From Melioribacteraceae bacterium (GTDB lineage: Bacteria > Bacteroidota > Ignavibacteria > Ignavibacteriales > Melioribacteraceae): DNA of 64,000 nt. The position numbers and the translations under genes are program-made. Location of the stretch: assembly GCA_026417375.1 (NCBI GenBank), contig JAOADJ010000008.1, positions 96,640-160,639 on the forward strand, written 5' to 3'. Of this stretch, positions 35,523-46,387 are shown piece by piece (the stretch's first letter is position 1; each line of letters starts with the position of its first letter). The notes beneath the pieces are model-generated. The model did no database searches. It was not told the origin of the DNA and saw only the letters and a program-made list of their open reading frames with translations.

Positions 35523-38500
35523 ATGGTAACAGAAACTCAACATAATGAACAGGAAAGAGCTAGAAAAGCTTTATTAAGTCTTCTTGAAGATCAAAAATTA
35601 GCAACAGAAAAATTACGTAAAAGTGAAGAGAGATATTCTCTTGTTATTGAAGCTGTTGACCAGGGATTGTGGGATTGGGATGTAAAGTCCAATTCAGTAT
35701 ATTTTTCACCTCTTTGGAAAAAGCAAATTGGTTATGAAGATAATGAATTGGAAAATAATTTCGATGTCTGGATTGAGCATTTACATCCAGATGATAAAGA
35801 TAGATGTATAAATTATGTTTTTAATTATCTTGAAAACCCTATTGGACCATTTGAAGTTGAATTTAGATTTCGCCATAAAGATGGTTCGTATAAATATATT
35901 TTCAGTAAGGCATCAAAAATATTAGATTCTAATGGAAAAGTAGTTAGATTATTTGGAGCTCATTCCGATATTACACAACAAAAACTCGCCGAAATAGAAA
36001 AAGTTCAAATACAAAAACAAAAAGAATTACAACAAAATGTTTTGGTTCAAACCGCTACTTCAGAATTTTTAAGAAATGGTGACATCGAAAAACTTTCTAA
36101 ATTTATTACAGAAAAAGTTGCTGAAACATTTTCAATAGAAAGAGTTTCTGTTTGGTTTTTTGATTCTTCTGATTCTGAAAACGAATTACTAAAGTGCTTA
36201 GATTTATATGAGTTGTCTAAAAAAAATCATTCATCCGGTTTTGTTCTCAAAAAAAATGAATATGAAAATGAATTTTACTACCTGGAAAAAAACAAATATG
36301 TTGCTGCAAATGATCCTTTAACAGATATTAGAACCAAAGGTTATGTTCAAAACTATTTAATACCTAATAACATTACTGCTATGTTAGATGGTGGTATTAA
36401 TTATGATGGTAAAAACATTGGTGCAATTTGTTTTGAGCATGTTAATTATAAACATACATGGAACAGTGAAGAAATTAATTTTATTTGTCAACTTGCTGAT
36501 CAGATTGCAATTTGTAAATACAATTATGAAAGAAAAATTGCAGAACAAAAACTTAAAGAAAGTGAAGAAAAATACAGATTAATTGCTGAAAACACCGCCG
36601 ATTCAATTGCTGTTTTTGATCTGAAACTGAATTACATTTACTTAAGTCCTTCAACTAAAAATTTCTTGGGGTATGAAATTGAAGAACTAAAATCTTTGGG
36701 TGTGCAAAAAATTCTAAAACCCGGATATTATGAATATATTTTTAATCAATTACACGAAGAATTAGAAAAAGAAAAAGAAAGTAATGTTGATTTAAATAGA
36801 AGCCGTACTGTTGTTTCCGAACAAATAAAAAAAGATGGGAAAATAATTTGGGTTGAAGCTACAGTTTCTTTTATAAGGAATGAAAATAATGAACCAATCG
36901 CTATTTTAACCGTAAATAGAGATATTACAGAAAGAGTTTTACTAACCGAAGAAATTAAAAAGAATGAAGAAAAACTAAGATTATTGGTTGAAGGAACTCC
37001 AAATTTCTTTTTCTACACCCAGGGAATTGATAAATATGTAAATTATGTTTCCCCAACTGTTGAACAAATTACTGGTTATAAACCGGAAGAGTGGTGCAAA
37101 AAGCTAGATTGGTTTGCTACTAATAATTCAATAAATAAACTTGCCAAAGAATATACACTTAAACATTTAAATGGTGAAATCACAAACGAACCTACTTATT
37201 TAGAATTATATCATAAAAACGGCAACAAAGTTCTTCTCGAAATTTATGAGAATCCGATTATTAAAGATGGAAAGGTTATTGGTATTCAGGGTATCGCTAC
37301 AGATATAACAGATAAAAAAAGAGCTGAGTTAATTCAAACAATTCAATATAACATTGCTAATGCTGTTGTTACTTCTAAAACTTTAAATGAATTGTTTGAA
37401 ATAGTAAGAAAAGAACTTAATACATTGATTGATACGAAGAATTTCTTTATTGCATTCTATGATGAAAAAAATGATATGCTTAGTTCTAATATAGATAAAG
37501 ATGAAAAAGATGAGATACCTGTTTGGTCTGCTAAAAATTCATTAACCGGTTATGTTATTAAAAAGAAAAAATCATTTTTATTTTCTAAAGAAGATATTGT
37601 TTCTTTAGTTAATAAAGGAGAAGCTGAATTAATCGGAACTCTACCCGAAACCTGGCTCGGTGTTCCATTAATAATTAATCAAAAAGTAATTGGTGTAATT
37701 GCTGTTCAGGATTATTATAACAAAAATGCTTATGATAAACACAGTTTAGAATTATTGGAAATAATTTCAAAACAATTAAGCATTTACATTGAACAAAAAA
37801 GAGCAGAAGAATATATTCATAAACTTTCACTTGCCATTGAACAAAGCCCATCAAGTATTATTATTACAGATATTCATGGTAACATAGAATATGTAAATCA
37901 AAAATTCTGCGAAGTAAGTGGTTATTGTTTAGATGAAGCTATTGGCAAAAATCCCAGAATTTTAAAATCAGGTAAAACAGATTCATCTGTTTATAAAGAA
38001 CTTTGGGATACTATTACAAATGGTAAAGATTGGGAAGGAGAATTCATTAATAAAAAGAAAAATGGTGAAATTTATTATGAAAGCGTTTTGATTTCTCCAT
38101 TAAAAAATTCTGATGGTGTTATTACAAATTATGTTGCTATTAAAGAAGATATAACAGAAAAGAAAAAATTATTTGATAAAGTTATTCAATCTGAAGAACA
38201 ATTCCGTTCTATTTGGGAAAATTCTATAGATGCAATGAGATTAATTGATGAAAAAGGTGTAATAATAGATGTCAACGAAGCATTTTGTAATTTGTTTGAA
38301 TTATCAAAAGAAGAATTAATTGGCAAAACATTTGACGTTTGTTATGCAAATAAAGATAACATTATTACAAAGTTTAAACAAAATTATTCTGCAGGAAAAA
38401 TTCCCAAAAAACTTGAAGCACAAATTGAACTTTATAATCATAAAAGAATTTGGATTGATGCTTCTAATTCATACATTAACATTAAAAACAAACCATTAAT

Positions 38501-39737
38501 GTTGCTAAGTATTTTTAGAGATATTGATGACAAAAAGAAAATGATTGAAGAATTAATTGCTGCAAAAGAAAAAGCCGAAGAAATGAATCGTGTTAAATCA
38601 CACTTCTTTGCTACTATAAGTCACGAATTAAGAACTCCTTTTGTGGGAATAATGGGTTTTGCTGAAATGCTTTTTGATGAATTAGATAATCAGGATCATA
38701 AAGATATGGCTGGCAGAATTGTTCAGGCTTCTAAAAGATTAACAAATACTTTAAATCAAATTCTTGATATGACTAAATTGGAATTTGACAAACAGGAATT
38801 AAACATTACAAACTTCGATGCAATTCAAACTTTGGATGATGTTTATCTTCAATTCGAAAAATCTGCTAAACTCAAAAAAATTGATTTCAAAAGAAATTTG
38901 AATGTGCCAGAGTTTTATATAAACAGTGATGAAAAATTAGTATCAGAAATTTTAATTAACCTTGTTAATAATGCAATTAAATACACAGAAAAAGGAACGG
39001 TTGAAATTTTTGCTGATAAAAAAATCATCAATAATAAAAAACACTTAGTTATTGAAATTCGTGATACAGGAATTGGAATATCTAAAGATAAGCACGATAT
39101 TATCTGGGAAGATTTCAGGCAAGCAAGCGAAGGAACTTCAAGAAAGTTTGAAGGAACCGGATTGGGTTTATCAATTGCAAGAAGATTTGCAAATCTTATT
39201 AAAGCAAATTTATATCTCAAAAGTTCTGAGCTAAATGTAGGTTCTATATTTGTTTTAGAATTACCTCTTGAAATTGAAAATCAAAATGGCAACGCTCCTT
39301 TGAAAATTATTGAAACAGTTTCATATCAAAATGAAGTAATAGCTGAACCTATTATCAGCGCAAAGAAAAAAATACTATTTGTTGAAGATGATCAAATGGC
39401 AATTGATATTGTAAACAGAAGTTTATCAAGTTTATATGAAATTGATTCTGTAACAAATTCTGAAAATGCATTAAAGAAAATTGATGCTAATAAACAACCA
39501 TATGATTTGATTTTAATGGATATTAATCTTGGTCGAGATCAATTAGATGGAATTCAGTTAACTGAATTAATCAGAAAAATTGATAACTATAAAAATGTTC
39601 CGATTGTTGCTTTTACTGCTTATGCACGCGAAGAAGATAAAAATGAATTTTTAAGTAAAGGTATGGATTATTATTTATCAAAACCGTTTACTATTTCTGA
39701 CTTAAGAAATTTAGTTAAAGATATTTTAAATAAATAA
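35523..39737 (+). CDS. Cytoplasmic hybrid histidine kinase (about 5 PAS, 2 GAF, HisKA, HATPase, receiver)
   Basis: SHELRTP, NLVNNAIKYT, DTGIG, GTGLGL, FVEDD, LMDINL, LSKP. Confidence 0.93.
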   Translation: MVTETQHNEQERARKALLSLLEDQKLATEKLRKSEERYSLVIEAVDQGLWDWDVKSNSVYFSPLWKKQIGYEDNELENNFDVWIEHLHPDDKDRCINYVFNYLENPIGPFEVEFRFRHKDGSYKYIFSKASKILDSNGKVVRLFGAHSDITQQKLAEIEKVQIQKQKELQQNVLVQTATSEFLRNGDIEKLSKFITEKVAETFSIERVSVWFFDSSDSENELLKCLDLYELSKKNHSSGFVLKKNEYENEFYYLEKNKYVAANDPLTDIRTKGYVQNYLIPNNITAMLDGGINYDGKNIGAICFEHVNYKHTWNSEEINFICQLADQIAICKYNYERKIAEQKLKESEEKYRLIAENTADSIAVFDLKLNYIYLSPSTKNFLGYEIEELKSLGVQKILKPGYYEYIFNQLHEELEKEKESNVDLNRSRTVVSEQIKKDGKIIWVEATVSFIRNENNEPIAILTVNRDITERVLLTEEIKKNEEKLRLLVEGTPNFFFYTQGIDKYVNYVSPTVEQITGYKPEEWCKKLDWFATNNSINKLAKEYTLKHLNGEITNEPTYLELYHKNGNKVLLEIYENPIIKDGKVIGIQGIATDITDKKRAELIQTIQYNIANAVVTSKTLNELFEIVRKELNTLIDTKNFFIAFYDEKNDMLSSNIDKDEKDEIPVWSAKNSLTGYVIKKKKSFLFSKEDIVSLVNKGEAELIGTLPETWLGVPLIINQKVIGVIAVQDYYNKNAYDKHSLELLEIISKQLSIYIEQKRAEEYIHKLSLAIEQSPSSIIITDIHGNIEYVNQKFCEVSGYCLDEAIGKNPRILKSGKTDSSVYKELWDTITNGKDWEGEFINKKKNGEIYYESVLISPLKNSDGVITNYVAIKEDITEKKKLFDKVIQSEEQFRSIWENSIDAMRLIDEKGVIIDVNEAFCNLFELSKEELIGKTFDVCYANKDNIITKFKQNYSAGKIPKKLEAQIELYNHKRIWIDASNSYINIKNKPLMLLSIFRDIDDKKKMIEELIAAKEKAEEMNRVKSHFFATISHELRTPFVGIMGFAEMLFDELDNQDHKDMAGRIVQASKRLTNTLNQILDMTKLEFDKQELNITNFDAIQTLDDVYLQFEKSAKLKKIDFKRNLNVPEFYINSDEKLVSEILINLVNNAIKYTEKGTVEIFADKKIINNKKHLVIEIRDTGIGISKDKHDIIWEDFRQASEGTSRKFEGTGLGLSIARRFANLIKANLYLKSSELNVGSIFVLELPLEIENQNGNAPLKIIETVSYQNEVIAEPIISAKKKILFVEDDQMAIDIVNRSLSSLYEIDSVTNSENALKKIDANKQPYDLILMDINLGRDQLDGIQLTELIRKIDNYKNVPIVAFTAYAREEDKNEFLSKGMDYYLSKPFTISDLRNLVKDILNK

Positions 39738-39801
39738 TTTCAATTAAGTACAAATTGTAATTATTAATTCAACTACTTAATCTATTTCAAAAAATTTAAT
39801 T

Positions 39802-41220
39802 ATGAAATTTCTAAAATACTCCTTAACCATTTTCATACTAATAAATAATTTTCTTTTCTCTCAAATCAAAAAAGAAAATATTTATAAAACCGTTGAATAT
39901 TTAGCAAGCGAAAAACTTCAAGGAAGATTGCCCGGAAGTGTTGGTTATAAATTAGCTGCCGAATTCATTTCAAATGAATTTTCTAAACTTAAATTAAAAC
40001 CAATTAATAAAAATTATTTTCAAAAACAAAAAGTTGAATACAATGAAATTTTATCCCCTGAACACTTTGCAATAATTAAGAATGGAAATAAAAAATTTTA
40101 TGAACTTGGAAAAGATTATGTCTATCGTGGCTTTACAGGAAGTGGAAAGTTTACATCTCAGGTTGTTTTTTGTGGTTATGGATTATCTCAACCAAATCTG
40201 AATTATGATGATTATGAAAATATTGATGTAAAAGATAAAACTGTTATGGTTTTCAAATATAATCCTCGTTGGACAATTAAAGGCAAAAATTTTACCGATG
40301 GAAATCCAAGAGAAAAAGCAATTGTTGCAGCAAAACATGGAGCAAAAGGAATTTTATTTGTTTCATTTCCAAATGATAAAGAACCACAAAAACCAATCGG
40401 AAGTGTAATTAATGGAAATGGTGAACAAATGATAAATTTCCCTGAGATTCATATTGATTTACCTTTAGCAGATGAATTGTTTGAAGATAGTGGATTTACA
40501 TTAAAAGATTTACAAACTAAAATTGATTCAACACAAAAACCTTTTTCTGTTCAATTAAAACATCAGATAGATATTGAAGTAAATACAAATTATGAAAAGG
40601 AAAAAGAAGTTGAAAACATTGCTGCAATTTTGGAAGGTGATGATATTAATTTAAAGAATGAATATTTAATCATCGGTGCTCATTTAGATCATGTAGGTAG
40701 CCAGGCAGGCAAAATTTATTTTACCGGAGCTAATGATAATGCTTCTGGTTCAGCTGTTTTGCTTGAAGTTGCAAAAGAACTTTCTAAATCAAAAAATAAA
40801 CGCTCAATAATTTTTGTTTTTTTTGCAAGTGAAGAACAAGGATTAAATGGCTCAACCTTTTTTGCTCAACATCTTCCTTTTCCAAAAGAAAAAATAAAAG
40901 CAATGATTAATATTGACTGTGTCGGATTTGGAGACAGCATTCAGGTTGGAGGAGGAAAAAGTGCTCCTCAGTTTTGGCAAATTGCAAAATCTGTTGATGA
41001 GCTTTCAGATAAATTAATGATAAATGAAACATGGAGCGGTGGTGGAGCTGATGCAGAACCTTTTTATCAATTAGGAATTCCAACTTTGTATTTTGTTTCT
41101 AAAAACAGTTATAAACACCTACATATGTTAAGCGATAAACCGGAAACTCTAAATCAACAATTAATGAATTCAATTGCAAATCTTATTCTGAAAACCGCAT
41201 TAGAAATTGTAAACAAATAA
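39802..41220 (+). CDS. M28 family peptidase with PA domain
   Basis: GRLPGS, GAHLDH, GANDNASG, SEEQGL, NIDCVG, H..SD. Confidence 0.92.
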   Translation: MKFLKYSLTIFILINNFLFSQIKKENIYKTVEYLASEKLQGRLPGSVGYKLAAEFISNEFSKLKLKPINKNYFQKQKVEYNEILSPEHFAIIKNGNKKFYELGKDYVYRGFTGSGKFTSQVVFCGYGLSQPNLNYDDYENIDVKDKTVMVFKYNPRWTIKGKNFTDGNPREKAIVAAKHGAKGILFVSFPNDKEPQKPIGSVINGNGEQMINFPEIHIDLPLADELFEDSGFTLKDLQTKIDSTQKPFSVQLKHQIDIEVNTNYEKEKEVENIAAILEGDDINLKNEYLIIGAHLDHVGSQAGKIYFTGANDNASGSAVLLEVAKELSKSKNKRSIIFVFFASEEQGLNGSTFFAQHLPFPKEKIKAMINIDCVGFGDSIQVGGGKSAPQFWQIAKSVDELSDKLMINETWSGGGADAEPFYQLGIPTLYFVSKNSYKHLHMLSDKPETLNQQLMNSIANLILKTALEIVNK

Positions 41221-41251
41221 TAATTAAGTTTATTTATTTTTCATCAACTTA

Positions 41252-42367
41252 TCAACTAAAAATCATTTCAATAGTTTTATTATCAGATAATAAATTTTCA
41301 AAAGAGGAATAAATAAACTTAACATTTTTAGAAATTGATCTATAATTCAATTCCATAGTTTCTTTAGCCCGATGATTTATTACAAGTAATTCGACATCAT
41401 TTAAAATTGCTTTTTTAAATAAAGCTTTTATGTGAACATCGGCATCAGAAAGTGAATACCCAATAAAAACTATTTTCTTAGTTGTTCTGATTTCCCGTGC
41501 TGCTTCGCTAAATAATTGCATAATGATCGAATTATTCAACGACTTTGAAAATGAAGGGGGCATAATCAAAGTTTGAAATTCAGTTCCATCAATAGGGCAT
41601 CGAAATTCATATTCTTTGTTATCGGGATAAGTATAACCTAAAAATTTTCCTTTATTTAAATCTATTTTTCTATCCCACGGAGTTAATAAAATTTGATTAC
41701 AACAATTACAATATTTCCAGTTCAAACTTCCATGCAATTTTAAAATTTTATATGAATTGGGATTTGCATCTTCATCTACCAAAATTGGTTCTCTTGTGTT
41801 AACCCAAAAATTATAATCTTTTAGTTGAGGTAATTTTTCATAATTCATTAATGGAATACAATAATCAATAAATCCATTTTTCTTTTTAAAAATAAAATCG
41901 AAAGCTTGTTCAAGAAGAGTATCATAATTTAAAGTAATGATAGAAACATTACTTGAGTGTTGAGTAATTAAATTCCAAAATTTATGATAGTAAGGACTTG
42001 ATTTATCTGTTCTTAAATTAACAACATAATGAATTAGTTTGATTAAATATTCTTTTATGTCACGAATTTTTTCATAAGTATATTTAGAATTTAAGCTCTC
42101 ATTCTGTGCAATAAAATAATCTAAAAAACCAAAAACAGCTTCAAGTTGAGGAAATTGATTTTCACTTTTATCAAACTCAAAATTATCAGTCAAAAACTCA
42201 TTAACAATTTTTCCAATTTCAGAATTATAAATTTCATCAATTTCCTCAGAAATAATCATTGGTAAAAGTTCTTTTTGTAAAGGAACACCATCAGGGTTAG
42301 ATGCCCCGGCTCCCAAAACAAAAATTACATCTCTTGTAGATGAATATCTCAAAAATTTTTCAATCAT
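41252..42367 (-). CDS. SIR2-like protein with zinc ribbon
   Basis: LGAGAS, ITLNYD, LKLHGSLNW, CNCC...CP, VFIGYSL..D. Confidence 0.85.
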   Translation of the reverse strand: MIEKFLRYSSTRDVIFVLGAGASNPDGVPLQKELLPMIISEEIDEIYNSEIGKIVNEFLTDNFEFDKSENQFPQLEAVFGFLDYFIAQNESLNSKYTYEKIRDIKEYLIKLIHYVVNLRTDKSSPYYHKFWNLITQHSSNVSIITLNYDTLLEQAFDFIFKKKNGFIDYCIPLMNYEKLPQLKDYNFWVNTREPILVDEDANPNSYKILKLHGSLNWKYCNCCNQILLTPWDRKIDLNKGKFLGYTYPDNKEYEFRCPIDGTEFQTLIMPPSFSKSLNNSIIMQLFSEAAREIRTTKKIVFIGYSLSDADVHIKALFKKAILNDVELLVINHRAKETMELNYRSISKNVKFIYSSFENLLSDNKTIEMIFS

Positions 42368-42388
42368 AAAATTTGTAGAAAGAAATTG

Positions 42389-43069
42389 CTACTTATTAAT
42401 TTCAATCAATACAAGCTTTTTACCTTTTTCATTTCTAACATTAAAGGGCTTGTATGATAGTTCAAAAATAGTTGACTTCTTAATTTGAGCTTTGTACTTA
42501 AGTTCGGCGGTTTTGAATTCATCGGTTAAATCGCCTCCCTTAATTGCAGCAATGTATGCTTTCTCTTTAATAAGTGGAAGTGAATATCTGAAAAGAATAA
42601 TTAATGGAACAGTTGCGCGGCTTACAACTAAATCAAAACTATTAGTATACTTTGAAATAAATTCATCACTTTCAACACGAGAATTTTCAACAACTACATT
42701 ATTTAATTTTAGCTTATTTACAAAATCTTTTACAGCATCAATTTTTTTTGAAGTGGAATCAACCAACACTCCTCTTAAAATTGGTCTTGTAATCGCAAGT
42801 GGAATACCAGGGAAACCACCACCAGTTCCAATATCTAAAAACCGTGATACTTTTGCAGGTAGAAATTCAGAAATGAATGCAGAAATAAAAATATGATTCT
42901 CAACAATCTTTTCAACATCTTTACGTGAAATCAAATTTAATTTGCTGTTTTTCTGAACAACCAAACTAGCAAATAAAGCTAATCTTTCAAGTTGATATTC
43001 ATCCGGATTAATTCCATTTTCCCAAAAAAGAACTTTAAGTTCACGTAAATATTGTTCTTGTTGATCCAA
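42389..43069 (-). CDS. rsmG: 16S rRNA m7G527 methyltransferase
   Basis: NLISR, LDIGTGGGFPGIPL, VSRA, AIKG; follows mnmG. Confidence 0.95.
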   Translation of the reverse strand: MDQQEQYLRELKVLFWENGINPDEYQLERLALFASLVVQKNSKLNLISRKDVEKIVENHIFISAFISEFLPAKVSRFLDIGTGGGFPGIPLAITRPILRGVLVDSTSKKIDAVKDFVNKLKLNNVVVENSRVESDEFISKYTNSFDLVVSRATVPLIILFRYSLPLIKEKAYIAAIKGGDLTDEFKTAELKYKAQIKKSTIFELSYKPFNVRNEKGKKLVLIEINK

Positions 43070-43087
43070 TATTTAAATTCCTAAAAA

Positions 43088-44965
43088 TTAACTTTTAAAA
43101 TATACTAACAAAATAGAAATATCTGAAGGAGTAACTCCTGAAATTCTTGAAGCCTGACCAATTGTTCTTGGTTTTACTTTCGATAATTTTTCTCTTCCTT
43201 CAGCTGAAATTGTTTTCAAGTTAGTATAATTAAAATTTAAAGGAATTTGAATCTTCTCTAATTTTTCCATCTTTTCAACTAATTCATGTTGCCTTTGAAT
43301 ATAACCTTCGTACTTCAATTCAATTTCAACCTGCTCAAGTGCCTTTGGGTTTTTTAGTAATTCTAAAACAATTTCATCATCATTAAATCCTGAGTTTTCC
43401 AAAACTTCCTTTAAATTTAATTCGGGTCGTTTTACAAGTTTACCAACTATTTCCCCATTTTCAATTTTATTAATTCCCTTGCTTTCCAAAAGCTGATTTA
43501 TATTCAACGGCGAAATTCTTTTTTGACTAAAAAGTTCAACAGATTTTGCAATTAAAACTTCCCTGTTTTGTAAATCCTTATACATTTCCTCCGGAATTAA
43601 ACCAAACTCATAACCATATTTTAATAATCTTCTATCTGCATTATCTTGTCTTAAAAGCAAACGATGCTCTGCTCTCGAAGTAAACATTCTGTAAGGTTCA
43701 TCAGTAGATTTTCCTACAAGGTCATCAATTAAAACTCCTATGTAAGATTCATTCCTGCTTAAAACAAATTCTTTCCTTTTTTGAATTTTAAGAGCGGCAT
43801 TAATTCCGGCAACAATTCCTTGACCAGCTGCTTCTTCATATCCGGAAGTACCATTAATTTGTCCTGCAAAATAAAGTCCTTCAATTAATTTTGTTTCTAA
43901 AGTCAAATCAACTTGATATGGTGGAAAATAATCATATTCAATTGCATAAGCTGGTCTAACCATTTCTACATTTTCTAAACCTTTAATTTTTCTCAATGCT
44001 TCAAATTGAATTTCAGCAGGTAAAGATGAAGAAAAACCATTAAGATAAATTAAATCGCTATCCAATCCTTCCGGCTCTAAAAATAATTGATGTCTTTCTT
44101 TATCGGAAAACCTAACAACTTTATCTTCAATTGATGGACAATATCTTGGACCGACGCCTGAAATCAATCCGGTAAAAAGTGGAGAACGGTCAAAACCTTT
44201 TTCTAAAATTTTATGAACTTCCGGACTTGTATAAGTAATATGACAACTTACTTGTGGCAAGTATGGAAATTTTTCCTTTGGTGTTCTCATTGAAAACGGT
44301 TCAGGATTTTCATCGCCCGGTTGCTCTTCTAATATGTCCCAATTAATAGAACTTTTAAGTAATCTTGGCGGTGTACCTGTTTTTAATCTTCCAGATACAA
44401 AACCCATTTTAACTAAAGATTCGGTTAAACCAACAGCCGGCGGCTCACCAAATCGTCCTCCTTTAGTAGCATTAAATCCGGTATACATCAATCCATTTAA
44501 GAAAGTACCAGAGCATACAACTAAAGCTTTACATTTTATTTCGTTTCCCTTTGCAGTTTTAACACCAACAATTTTTTTATTTTCTTCAAATGCTTCGACA
44601 ATAGAATCTTCAACTATTTCTAAATTTTTAGTATTAGCAATGACATTTTCTGCTTCTAAAGAATATAATTTTCTATCTGATTGACATCTTCCTGCCCAAA
44701 CAGCAGGTCCTTTAGATTTATTTAATGTTCTGAATTGAATTCCGGTTCTATCGGCAATTAAACCCATCATACCGCCAAGAGCATCAACTTCATGAACTAA
44801 GTGCCCTTTAGCGCTTCCACCAATTGCGGGATTACAAGACATTCTTCCAATTGCGTGCTTATCCATTGTAACCAAAGCAACTGAACATCCCATTAATGCA
44901 GCTGAAACCGAAGCTTCAATTCCAGCATGTCCCCCGCCAACTACAATTACATCATATTCTTTCAT
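43088..44965 (-). CDS. mnmG: tRNA uridine-5-carboxymethylaminomethyl modification enzyme MnmG
   Basis: [60 protein letters not shown]. Confidence 0.98.
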   Translation of the reverse strand: MKEYDVIVVGGGHAGIEASVSAALMGCSVALVTMDKHAIGRMSCNPAIGGSAKGHLVHEVDALGGMMGLIADRTGIQFRTLNKSKGPAVWAGRCQSDRKLYSLEAENVIANTKNLEIVEDSIVEAFEENKKIVGVKTAKGNEIKCKALVVCSGTFLNGLMYTGFNATKGGRFGEPPAVGLTESLVKMGFVSGRLKTGTPPRLLKSSINWDILEEQPGDENPEPFSMRTPKEKFPYLPQVSCHITYTSPEVHKILEKGFDRSPLFTGLISGVGPRYCPSIEDKVVRFSDKERHQLFLEPEGLDSDLIYLNGFSSSLPAEIQFEALRKIKGLENVEMVRPAYAIEYDYFPPYQVDLTLETKLIEGLYFAGQINGTSGYEEAAGQGIVAGINAALKIQKRKEFVLSRNESYIGVLIDDLVGKSTDEPYRMFTSRAEHRLLLRQDNADRRLLKYGYEFGLIPEEMYKDLQNREVLIAKSVELFSQKRISPLNINQLLESKGINKIENGEIVGKLVKRPELNLKEVLENSGFNDDEIVLELLKNPKALEQVEIELKYEGYIQRQHELVEKMEKLEKIQIPLNFNYTNLKTISAEGREKLSKVKPRTIGQASRISGVTPSDISILLVYFKS

Positions 44966-44976
44966 TTATTTCCTTT

Positions 44977-44992
44977 CGTTTCACGTGAAACT
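44977..44992. other. parS centromere-like site
   Basis: CGTTTCACGTGAAACT; 14-bp perfect palindrome, 14/16 match to TGTTTCACGTGAAACA. Confidence 0.85.
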
Positions 44993-45012
44993 AACTTTCA
45001 AATTTTAAGAAT

Positions 45013-45028
45013 TGTTTCATGTGAAACA
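45013..45028. other. parS centromere-like site
   Basis: TGTTTCATGTGAAACA; 15/16 match to the consensus; abuts the mnmE stop. Confidence 0.88.
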
Positions 45029-46387
45029 TTATTTTCCAATACAAAATTTCATAAAAATATTATTTAATATATCATCCGAAGTTACTCTTCCAATAATTTC
45101 ACCCAAAGAGCTTTCTGCATTTCTTAAATCTACAGCTATAAATTCACCTGACAATTTTTGTTCAATTGATAATTTTGCATTTTCTAAATATTCTTTAGCT
45201 CTTTTTAAAGCATCTAAATGGCGTATATTAGATACTATTGCTGATTTTTCCGAATAACTTTCAGAGCCCAAGGCTTTTTCTTTTAAAACTGCAAAAAGTT
45301 CATCTATGCCTTCACCTGTTTTAGCAGATATTTTTACATCACAATCAAAACTGAAATTTGGATTAAGATCAATTTTATTAATTACTTTAATTATTCTTTC
45401 TTCGTCGGTAAATGATTTCAGTTTGTCAAATAATTTTTGTGAAAAGCCTGTTTGAATATCATTTAAGAAAATTACCACATCGGAATTTTTTATCGTTTCC
45501 ACACTGCGATTCACACCTTCCTGTTCAATAACATCATCTGTTTCCCTAATTCCTGCAGTATCATAAAGTGTAAAAAGTATTCCATCTATGTTTACTTCTT
45601 CTCGAATTATGTCTCTGGTTGTTCCAGGTATTTCGCTGACTATAGCTCTTTTTTCCTTTAATAAATAATTTAAGAGTGATGATTTTCCAACATTTGGTTT
45701 TCCAACTAATGCTACATTAATTCCATCTTTTATTATTCTGCCAAATTTATAAGTTGAAATTAAATCATCAATTTCTTTTTCAATTTCATCTATTTGAATT
45801 AAAACTTGATTAAGAGAAACGAATTCCAAATCTTCTTCGGCAAAATCTAATTCTAATTCTATGAGTGATGAAGAATTAATTAATGAATTTCTTAAAAAGT
45901 TCACTTTTTGTGAAAGTAATCCATCAAGTTGATTACGTGCGCCCCGAAGAGAAGCTTCTGTTCTTGAATTAATGATATCTGCAACTGCTTCTGCCTGAGC
46001 TAAATCTATTCTTCCATTTAAAAAAGCTCTTTTGGTAAATTCACCTGGTTCAGCTAATCTTGCACCAACTTCAACTAATCTTTCGATGATTTTTTTTACA
46101 ATAAGGGTGCTGCCATGAGAACTAATTTCAATTGAATTTTCTCCGGTGTATGAATGTGGAGCTTTGAAAACAGAAACTAAAACATCATCAATTAAATCGT
46201 TATTTGAATCTGATATTCTACCATAATGAATTGTATGTGTATGTGCCTGAATTAATTTTATTTTACCTAAAAATATTTTGTCAACAAGCTCAATTGATTT
46301 TTCTCCGCTAACACGTATAACCGAAATTGCACCAACACCCGGTGCTGTTGCTAGCGCAACTATTGTATCTTCATCTTGGGTAAACAT
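45029..46387 (-). CDS. mnmE: tRNA modification GTPase MnmE
   Basis: DTIVALAT, RVSG, SYTGE, GEFTKRAFLNG, GKPNVGKSS, GTTRD, DTAG, NKID, FCIGK. Confidence 0.98.
   Translation of the reverse strand: MFTQDEDTIVALATAPGVGAISVIRVSGEKSIELVDKIFLGKIKLIQAHTHTIHYGRISDSNNDLIDDVLVSVFKAPHSYTGENSIEISSHGSTLIVKKIIERLVEVGARLAEPGEFTKRAFLNGRIDLAQAEAVADIINSRTEASLRGARNQLDGLLSQKVNFLRNSLINSSSLIELELDFAEEDLEFVSLNQVLIQIDEIEKEIDDLISTYKFGRIIKDGINVALVGKPNVGKSSLLNYLLKEKRAIVSEIPGTTRDIIREEVNIDGILFTLYDTAGIRETDDVIEQEGVNRSVETIKNSDVVIFLNDIQTGFSQKLFDKLKSFTDEERIIKVINKIDLNPNFSFDCDVKISAKTGEGIDELFAVLKEKALGSESYSEKSAIVSNIRHLDALKRAKEYLENAKLSIEQKLSGEFIAVDLRNAESSLGEIIGRVTSDDILNNIFMKFCIGK

Noticed and set aside
45012-45257. ORF beginning MFHVKH
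   Set aside because: Translation of the parS palindrome continuing antisense to mnmE.
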